Below are positions 38,461 through 48,300 of a stretch of DNA of 64,000 bases, piece after piece. The notes beneath the pieces are model-generated. The model did no database searches and had not been told where the DNA came from. It was given only the letters and a program-made list of their open reading frames with translations. Source of the DNA: Isurus oxyrinchus. Lineage: Eukaryota. How positions within the stretch are numbered: position 1 is the first letter of the stretch; each line of letters begins with the position of its first letter. The stretch covers positions 104,966,001 to 105,030,000 of the forward strand of contig JANJGN010000021.1 in NCBI GenBank assembly GCA_026770705.1, written 5' to 3'. Made by a program: the position numbers and the translations under genes.

Positions 38461-39009
38461 GTTTAGTATTCAAAATCTGCGTTGAACGCAAATCATTGAC
38501 GTCATTTTCAGCGACAGCCGAGCCTGCGCGTTCTGTGTCATCAATGCAAAGCCTGCTAATCATGTCATCGATGTAGTCAACCGTCAAGGTATTGACAGCG
38601 ATCCTCTTAAGAAACATCGCATGTAATCCCTCCCGTAGTATGTTCATCGACCATGGTTTTAATTCTGAAAATTAATCTGATACAGCTGATATTCTTTCCT
38701 CTAACAACTGGTTAGTTCGCTTATATTAATATGTACCGTCTGCTTATATCATTCGGTGCCATATAATATGGTACTTAATTGATCACTCGCTACTCTGTAA
38801 TTTGTGCTCATCGTTACTTTATAAGACGCTGTAATGCTAAATATATCATTGAAATAGATTAAAATGAATACTAGGCACCCAGTTAGAATTTTGAAAACGA
38901 TTCCCGTCTTCGTTTGATGAATGTGCTATTTAAGATGTTGTAATCGCAAAGACGGTTTCAGAGCCTATTTACTGCGATTTTCCTGTAATAATGGGTGAGG
39001 TTATTTCAC

Positions 39010-39305
39010 AAAATATGGGCATAGATTTAAGGTAAGGAGCAGGAGGTTTAGAGGGGATGTGAGGAAGCTTTTCTTTTCACCCAGAGGGTGACGGGAACCT
39101 GGAACTCACTGCCTGAAAGTGTGGGAGAGGCAGGGACCTCATAATAGCTAAGAAGCATTTGGATGTGCACTTGCGATGCCATGGCATACAAGACAATGGG
39201 CCGAGTGTTGCAAAATGGGATTAAAATAGTTAGGTACTTGTTTGACCGGCGCAGACTTGATGGGCCGAAGGGCCTTTTTCAGTCCTGTAGACCTCTATGA
39301 CACTA
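39010..39305 (+). mobile_element. CR1 3' end
   Basis: Same family as the 3' end of the 22490-24880 copy. Confidence 0.8.
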
Positions 39306-40059
39306 TGATAATTCCATTATCCTTGGACAATACCATAGTCTAATCTTTGAATTTCAGCATTCTCGATTTTGCCTTTGTACCATTTGCACAGTTTAAGAAA
39401 GATTTTTGCCTTTATACATTCCCCTTTTGTTTTGTCCTCTTCAAAGATAATACTTGATTCGTTTTTATTTGACTTGGCAACCATCGTCTGGCCATTGAGC
39501 TGAAACGGCTTTAGTCAGTTTTCTAATTTGTAGACAGAGAATTCCTCCAAAACACAAGCCGTAAGCGTAAGTAGGCAATTTTATGAGGGATTATTTTTAT
39601 ATTTAACAATTTCTGCAGAAATAAAACATATCTTCATGAATGCCTCAACTCCGTAGCTGATACATATAATTCTAACCGCATCGTTAATAAAAGTTGCAAC
39701 TCTTTCTTTCTCGGAGACATTTTAAAATTTGGGCAGCTGTACCGGTCACTCATTTAAGGCATCCACTCTAAAGGAAACATTATCAAATTATACTGGGATT
39801 CGGGAAAAGTATACGGAATTCACAGAATATTCACGTTGTGGCTGATTCTTAAATTGGGAATAAAGTTTGTATATTTCAATTGTAAAGTAACTGAGGCGCA
39901 AATTGAAAAATATGTCTTAAACTTAGCCTGATTCTAGGCACGACACAGTGACGGAAACAATGCAGGGTTAATGAAGTCACATTCAGGTAAATATTTTATG
40001 GATTCCTGATTTCCGGACTGACTCGACCTTGATTCCGTATGTCGCTGCTTCTGCACCCC

Positions 40060-42520
40060 CATTCAAATTGCCCCATTCAGCTCATCTTGCCTTTCCTCAT
40101 TGTTGATTGCTAATTGTGACACTCCACACTTCTCTGCGTTAAATTGGATCTGCAAGAGCCCTATATTATACCAGCCTGAACATGTCCTCAAGTCCGTTGC
40201 TATCCTCCTCGTTGTTTATTAGATCTTAGCGTGTCATGCATGCTGAAAACTAAATTTAAAACATTGTCCTGTGTATCAAAGTCCAGGTCATTAATAGCTA
40301 TCATGAATAGCAGTGACCCTAGTACCCACCCGCGGGAATATCGTGGTATGACTCCATGCAAACTGAAGAAAATAACATTCACCACTACTCTGCGCCTTGC
40401 CCGATTTTATACACGTGTTAGCACTGTTTCTTTAATCAGACGAACTTGATTTATGTTAGCAGATCTATTATGTGGCACTTTCCAGGTGTCCTTTGAAAAT
40501 CCATATACACAACACTATCTACATTACCCTCATCAAAAGCAAAGAGAAAGAAAGATAGTCAGGGAATTCTAGCTTTGTATGCCCTTCTTTTCCGATTTAT
40601 GACCATGAGTCTCCTCTGCACTCGAACCATCTCTTCTTTGAAGGTTCCCATTGTTGAATTACTGTTTTGCCTACCAAGGTTTGATTCAAATACATAAAGG
40701 CCAGATTCTTTATCAACTCACTGAACCTAGACATCCTCCAGTTAAATATTTTTCTACTTTATTGATCCTTTTGCTTTTCCAGGGCTATGCTAAACCTGAT
40801 TGTACTATGATCACTGTTCTCCAAATGAGCCCTTATTGAAACACAGACTACCAAGCACTTCATTGCTTAGTAGACCCAACACAGCTTTCTTAGTTCTTGG
40901 GCTGGAAACGTACTGATAGTGCAATTTCTCCTGTGTAAATATTAGAAATTCCTCCCCCAATTTCCACTTTAAAGTGCCACTATCCAAATCTATATCCTGA
41001 GATTAAAATTCTTCATTGTCAGACTCTTTATCCCCGCATCTTTTTTCGCAATATATCTGCAAACCTGCTCCTCCATCTCCTTGCTGTTATTTGATGCCAT
41101 ATAACATGCAGCAAGTAGCTTCGCAGAATTCACAGAACTGTTTCAGAGCAAAAAGAGGTCAGTCAGCCCATCGTGTCAGCACCCGCTCCTTTTTCACCGC
41201 GTGCTACTCGCCTGCGTTTTCTCTGTAACCTCGTAGATTGGATTGAACCAGACTCTGAGGCAGTGCATTGCAGGCCTTGACCACTCACTGTATGAGCGCG
41301 CTTTTTCTCATATGACTTTTGCTTATTTTGCCAACTACTTTAAGCCTGTGTCCTCTCATTCTCGATCGTTTCGCGAATGGGAACATTTTCTCCTTATCTA
41401 CTCTCTCCATGGCCCTAATGATTTTGAGTACCTCTATCAAATCTCACTTCAGCCTTCCTTTCTCCGCACATCCTTTAAAAAGTACATGGATGAGCACGTG
41501 GCACGTCATAACATTCAAGACCAAGTGCTGGTAAATGAGATTAGGTAGGAAGGTCAGGTTTTTCTCACGTGTCGGTGCAGACTCGATGGGCTGAATGGCT
41601 TCTTCTCACTGTGTGATTTTATGAAAAGAATTCCAACTTCTCTAATCTTAGTTTATAACTGAAGTTCTTCATCCCTGTTACCATTGTCTAAACCTCTTCT
41701 GCACTGCCGTCAATGCCTTCACATCCTGCCTAAAATGCGACGCCTCAAGCAGCATGCAAAACTCCAGCTGAGGCCTAACTAGTGACTTATACGGTTTGAA
41801 CATAACCCCCTCGCTCGTGTACTCCATGCCAGTTATTAATAAATCCCAGGGCACTGTAGTTTTATGAACTATTCTCCCAACCTGCCCTGCCACCTTTAAT
41901 GTACATATGCACCCAGGTCCACTTGCTCCTGTACCCTCTTTAGAACAATAGCCTTTATTTCATACCGTTCTCCATGTTCTTCGTACCAAAATATATCACT
42001 TCACATTTCTCCACATTGAACTTCATCTGCTACATTTCTGCCCATCCCACCAACAAGTCTACATCCTTTAGAAGCTCCACACTGTCCTCCTCATGGTTTA
42101 CAATGCTTTCAAGGTTTGTATCGACGGAAAATTTGAATTGTTCCCTATACACCAAGGCCTAATATATATCAGGAGAAGCAAGGGTCTCAACACTGACCTC
42201 TGGGGAACTCCGCTACAAACCTTCCTGCAGCCCGAAAAACACCCATCAACCGCTACTCCCTGTTCCATTTCACTCAGCCAATTTTGTATCCACATTATTT
42301 TTATCCATTTTATTGCACGAGCTCTAACTTTTCTCACAAGTTTCTTGTGCAGCACTATATTAAACGCATTTTGGAAGTGCATGTGCACAAAATTAGCCAC
42401 ATTGCCCTCATCAACCCTCTGCGATGCTCCTCGAAAAACTCCAACAAGTTAGATAAGCACGATGCTCACTTAAGAAATCCATGCTGACCCTACCTCATTA
42501 ACCCGCACTTGCCAATGTGA
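40060..42520 (-). mobile_element. Degraded and nested CR1 fragments
   Basis: CSGVPQRSVLRPLL, LVRPQLEFC, FQNAFNIVLHKKL. Confidence 0.8.
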
Positions 42521-43227
42521 TCATTTCATGCTTAGAAAAAAATTATCTTTGAATCTTCAGCCATATTAGCTTACTCCAACAATAATGCCACCCAGTTTTC
42601 TTTTTAACCTGCTTGCCTGATCCCTTCATTTTTGAAATATTCCCTACTCTCCTAGTCGTCTGTACAATTGTTTTTCCTTAATACTTTCATCCTTCTCCCT
42701 GCCAAAAAGCTGCAAACAGCGTCCAATTAACTCTGCTCATGTTGCCTGGTTCCAGAGACAGCTGTGTATTTGCAGCAGATTTAGTTTTCAAAATTACCTT
42801 TCCATCTTTGTATTTGTAAAATTCCGTAGAATATGATTATTTTTATGGTCATCAATGCCGTCCAACATTAGGCACTGTTTGGGGTGTAGTACTTATCCTG
42901 TTTAAAGTTAAAAGTCACATTCCTCCGTCTTCAACTTTAGGGAAGCGATTCCCGTGCCTGACGAAAATGGGGTAATATCTGAATTGAGAAAAGAACAGAG
43001 CGATGCTATGACAGCTTCTGTTATTGCACACCAAGGATAGTTTTTGAGTCTCCTTACATCTCACATACCACACGATTCACTTGTTACCATCGGCATAACC
43101 AAGCAAGTGTCTTTTTATGTGTTCACATATCCAGACATAATCACATCACTCGTTTATAGCTTGCATCATTTGGCAAAGTTTGATGCAGTTGCATGTCCCT
43201 TGATCACGAAATGTGATAAATAGTCCA

Positions 43228-43826
43228 GGGGGCCAGGTTTTTTCAGATGGCGGAGTTTGTCGCCCCGCCATCCGAAGAGTGGACGGAGACACATTCCCCC
43301 CGATACATCCTCGACGCTCCAACAAGCATTCAATGGCTTCAGGTGGGACTTGCTCCCCCCACTCGAGCTACGGTGGACAGGAATGTGACTGCAAGCAGTC
43401 CCCAGAGACTAAGACCCTGGAGTTTAGGAACAGGTAAGCGTTGGTGCTCCCAGGTCCGGGAGGGTAGGTGAGGCCTTGGGCGGTGAACAGAGTGAGGATT
43501 AGGTTGTTGGTCGAGTGGCCAGGGAAGGGGAGTTGGGGGGAGGAGCCCCCAGAGGGGTCAGGCCTCTTGGGTGAGAGGAGGGGGGCAATGTTCACGCCCA
43601 TCTCCCAGTCCGGGGTCTGAACCAGATTGATATTTGGGCTCCTGTCTTGCCACTGAACCCTTCCCCCGAAAATTTGAAGCTGTGCAGAAAGCAGCCATTA
43701 AGTGGTCAATAATTGGTATTATTTGGTGCAAGGGCGAGCAGGCCTCGTCCGTCCCAGCATAAAATTGTGGAGAGATCGTGGCAGGCGGGGACCTGTCAGG
43801 AAGTACATCAACAAATGTTATGCTCA
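43228..43826 (+). mobile_element. GC-rich non-autonomous DNA element (Harbinger-like MITE)
   Basis: Its end GGGCCAGG...ATGGCGGAG...GCCATCCGAAGAGT matches the reverse complement of 49800-49869. Confidence 0.6.
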
Positions 43827-44064
43827 GCCCCTTGTCTACAAAGCCCATGAGCATGGTAAATCAGAATTTATCATCGCGCATTGGCAGAAATCAATTGGAA
43901 TAAGAAAACAATTATTTAATGAAAAGGGAAAATACCAATGCGAATGTCATATAATTCAACATCACAGGTAATAGCCTGCATTTGCATTTTAGCTCTTGGT
44001 TCAGAGGAGAAGAGTGACAGAACAACAAAATCAAGCATTAATCCAACATTCTCTCCATTTGACC

Positions 44065-44859
44065 TGTCATGAAATAATTAATGTCTATAATGCAATAGGA
44101 ATTATTTTTTAAAATATAGTTTAGTGGTGTCTGTGTCTATGTGTGTGTATGTGTGTGTGTCTTACTTGGATTAAAACCAGCTAGCCTGGGTGTTTTGATG
44201 TATCGTAGTTTTGGGAGGATAATTAGGGAAACAGTAAGGTAGTCAAAAAAGGTCAAGTGCACATTTGCATTTGTTGAATAAAGCATTCAAGAGGGGGAGT
44301 AAAACCTTGCATCTAGCTGGGAGACGCCAAACAATATTACTAGTAAAATTAGTTGGATGAAAATGTTATTGTTAGAAGATGTGGCGTCAAAAACCTAGTA
44401 ATATAATGGGAAATTTACATTCAAAGGAAAAGCTAGGCTAAACAGAAAGGAGTTTGTGTGTATCAGGCAGAGGGATTTAAGATCTAACCAGCCTGTACGC
44501 CTGCAACTGTGTCTGCAAGGAACCTCATGTTGAATTCGTAAGGTCAAATGTGCTTTGCTTGGGTCTTTTGGTGAGTCTTACTGTTGCCTTAACCGGGGTG
44601 TAACTGAGAGTCAGATTAATTAGGGAATTTTTGTAGTAGTGATTTTCAGACGTATGTGTGTGTTTACAATCTTTTTTGTATTAATACATGTTTAATTTAG
44701 TTTTATAAAAATCTCTTGAGACTCGGTGGTCTTGTTACTACTGAATTCAAAGCTTGCATCTCGAAACATACAAATTGCAAAAATGAGTTATGACAGTTGT
44801 TTCAAGTTTCCCGCTGGCATTTGAGCAACTCAGCCTTTACCATTGGCTGTGGCATGATA
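44065..44859 (+). mobile_element. Probable solo LTR immediately upstream of the gene 2 V exon
   Basis: TGTCATG...CATGATA inverted termini and an internal (GT)n; same start as the element at 63899; no TSD seen. Confidence 0.55.
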
Positions 44860-45037
44860 GGTTTTGAGTGATTTGTTTGATATTTGAGCATGCTCTGCCT
44901 GTGTATAATGTGATTGACGGTTCCCCTGCCGCAGAGTTTTTCTGCATCTCTATACTGTGAAATAAAAGTTACACTTCCCCAACGAAAATTGACAAGCAAT
45001 TTTTGCTTAAAGTAAAAGTTTTCCCTTCTTTCAGTAG

Positions 45038-45376
45038 ATGGAAAAGTGAGTATCACCGTTTACCAGTTCCCTCCCTTTATAACTGCAGCAGAGGGGGAGT
45101 CGGTGACACTGAACTGTGCCTTAGACTTTGACGGAAACCTACCCCTAGTTGGAGCAGCTCACTGGACACGGGGAAAACCAGATGGCTACAAACTGGTCAG
45201 TAGTCCATTTTATGAAGCTCGGCTGGAGAGATCGGACAGCGATTCATTTGCCAACAACAGAATATTCATTAATATCTCTGAGTTGATTGAGAAAGACTCA
45301 GACACCTATTACTGCCGTGTAGACTTAATTGGAACAGGAGTGAGGGATGGAAATGGCACCAAACTGGAAGTAAAGC
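45038..45376 (+). CDS. NCR3: Gene 2 Ig V(J)-set domain exon, NKp30-like
   Basis: 339 nt, phase 1/1, acceptor TTCCCTTCTTTCAGTAG and donor GTAAGT; YYCRVDLIGTGVRDGNGTKLEVK. Confidence 0.93.
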
Positions 45377-48300
45377 GTAAGTAATAAGTAGAAATAATTG
45401 CTTTGTAAAACAACTGCTCTAATTTTAAATGTGTAAGATTGATGTAAACCCACTTGCTCTGTTTTAACTACTGTGCAATTGAACATCCGCATGTTTTCCA
45501 ATGTTGGTGAAAGCAATTGACGTGATTCTTTTAGCACAGGATAGGGCTGCATGTGAGTTACCCATGGGGCGAAACATGTGTTAAAATCAGACCGTGAAAT
45601 GTTAGTTCACACCATTTTAACATCGGCTTTAAATTGTTGTTAATGCCTTTAAGTAATAGGGTAAAGGAATTTCATATACAATAGCATATGCTGTCATTTC
45701 CTGATGTGATATAATCAGAGGAAAGTTAGCACAAAAGGAGTCTTCATTAAAACCAATCTTGTTTCTTTCCTACATGATAGTTATTATTAATCATTTAGGG
45801 AACGTGAGTGTCGCTGGTTAGGCAAGCATTTATTGCCCATCCCTAATTGACCTTAAGAAGGAGATGGTGAGCTGCCTTCTTGAACCTCTGCAGCCTATGT
45901 GGTGCAGGTACGCACACCCACAGTGCTTTTAGGGAGGGAGTTTCCGGATTTTTACCCAGTGACAGTGAAGAAACAGCAATATGTTTCCAAGTCAGCGTGG
46001 TGAGCGGCTTGGAGGGGAATTTGTAGGTGGTGGTGTTCCCAAGTACCTGCTGCCCTCGTCTTTCTAGATGGTAGTGGTCGTGGGTTTGGAAGGTGCTGCC
46101 CAAGAATCCTTGGTGAGTTCCTGCAGTGCATCATAAATTTACAACCCCTTAAACATCATGATTATCACGGGAGCACACACAAGTTAAGACGCCTTCATTT
46201 CAATAAGCACTTTATGTAATCCAAGTGTAAGTTTTAAATATTGTGATATCATTCTCCCCTTGCCATATTTTCCTCCGCATTTAATATGTTAAAAGCCGTT
46301 TGAAATGAATAGTTCACAAACCTGGCCATAATCCAGTGAAAAGTGGAGAATGTACTGAGGACTGGCTTGGGCTAAAATACGAATCTATACGCGATGGTAC
46401 AAGGAGTCTCTTAATTTGCTGATGCTAGGAGAGAGTTGACTGAAATCTCTCATGTGGTAGCGACAGACGTAGATCTCTGTGACTGCTGCTATGATACAAT
46501 GTGGAAACTGTGAAAGGGCGGATAAGACGATTAACTACAGATGAGGCATTAAAAATAGTACAATCCAAAACAAAAAATATCGTTGTTACAGACTTGCCTG
46601 TTGGTTACAATCTGCTTCTGTCTCCGACTTTACTGAAAATTGTCAAGTAACTCTTTAAACGCCTCCCCTGTGGAATAGAGATAACAGATACAACAGCTCA
46701 CCTGAGTGTGTGAAGGGGGATACACAAAAAACCATTCCAAATATTTTTTAAACCTGCTGTTATACAAAGTGTTCCAAATTATTTCTACTGCCTTGTGTAG
46801 GACAGCATTTTGCTCATAAAAATCAAACTGATGATAGAAAGGAAAACGTGCCTTTTTTATAATTTCAGGAAGTATCAAGGAGTCAAACTGTGTGGGCCCC
46901 GTTACTGCTTTCACATCTGTACTTTGGGCAGCAATAATATTGCTGGTTATTGCACTCATGATAATAATAGCATGCAGATTGAATTGGAAGTGGAATGGTA
47001 TGTATCCTTGTAAATAGAATGTCCCCTAAATGGTAATGCATGGTGTCATGTTTCATTTAAATCATTATCATGTGAAACACAAATACAATGTTCCCATTAT
47101 GCCCTTGACAATGGTCTCTCGTACTTTCCCCACCACTGATGTTAGACTGAATGGCCAAACATGAGTAAATATATTCCTGTGCACTTTGTTTTGAACAGTG
47201 GACTAACATTTAGGGACATAGGAACATAGGCCTTAGGAGCAGGACTAGGCCATTCTGTCCTTCTAGCCTTTTCCGCCATTCGATAAGATTGTGGCTGATC
47301 CAATTGTAGCTTAAACTCCACTCTCCTGTCTGTCCCCCATTACTCTTGACTCAGTTGTCTATCAAAAATCTGTCTAACTCAGCTTTGAATAAATTCAATG
47401 ACCTAGCCTTCACTGCTTTCTGGGGAAGATTATTACACAGAGAGCGACACTCTAAGAAAGAAAGATCCCCCTCCTTCCTGCCTTAAAAGGGCGATGCCTT
47501 GTTCTTAAATGATCTCCACTAGCTTTCGTCTGCCTCAGAAGAGGAAACACTTTCTGCAACTGCCCCATCAAATCCCCTCAGGCTTAATCTTCGTAAGATA
47601 GGCACCTCATCTCAAGGATGAGTGGAGTGAACCTTTTCTGTGCTGCTTCCAACACAATTATATCGTCTTAAAGTAAGGAGATGAAAACTGCACACAGTAC
47701 TCCACATGTAGTCTCACCAATGCCCTGTGCAGCTCCAATAAAATTTCCCTACATTTCTATCGCACTACCCTAGTAATAAATGCCAATATTTATAAACTTC
47801 CATGTTTTATTAAATTCATTTTGATGCTAACTAAACATTAGTTTAGCGTAACTTTATCTCGACTGTGATGTCTGTAGAAGTTGCAAACTTAATAAAGCAT
47901 GTCGCTAACATATGCTAATAATCACATCATCAGTTGGAAAGAACCGTTCCTGTCAATCAGTGGAATGGGAAGCGGTCATAGACGTGCAATGATGGGTTTA
48001 AAGTTCATTCTTGAAAAATGCCATAGTATCTTTTGCAGTTAATACCCAGGTATTTGTACAATGGAGAGATACATGTATGCAAAACTAGATTGGTAGATAG
48101 GTAAGTGTTTAGGTGAATAGACAAACAGAAAAAACAGAGTGCAGGAAGACAGGTAACAGATCATATAACGGAAAGCCTCTACTCCAAATAAATTCTTTGG
48201 GAATTTGATTATTCGAGTTTATGATTTCTCTACAGTTTTCTCACATATTGAAGCTGGCAATCGTTCTGAACTGGATTCTACGTACATGGTAAAATCTATT

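Noticed and set aside
46630-46959. 109-aa minus-strand ORF that looks protein-like
   Set aside because: It overlaps the antisense of the gene 2 TM exon, which has better splice and phase support.
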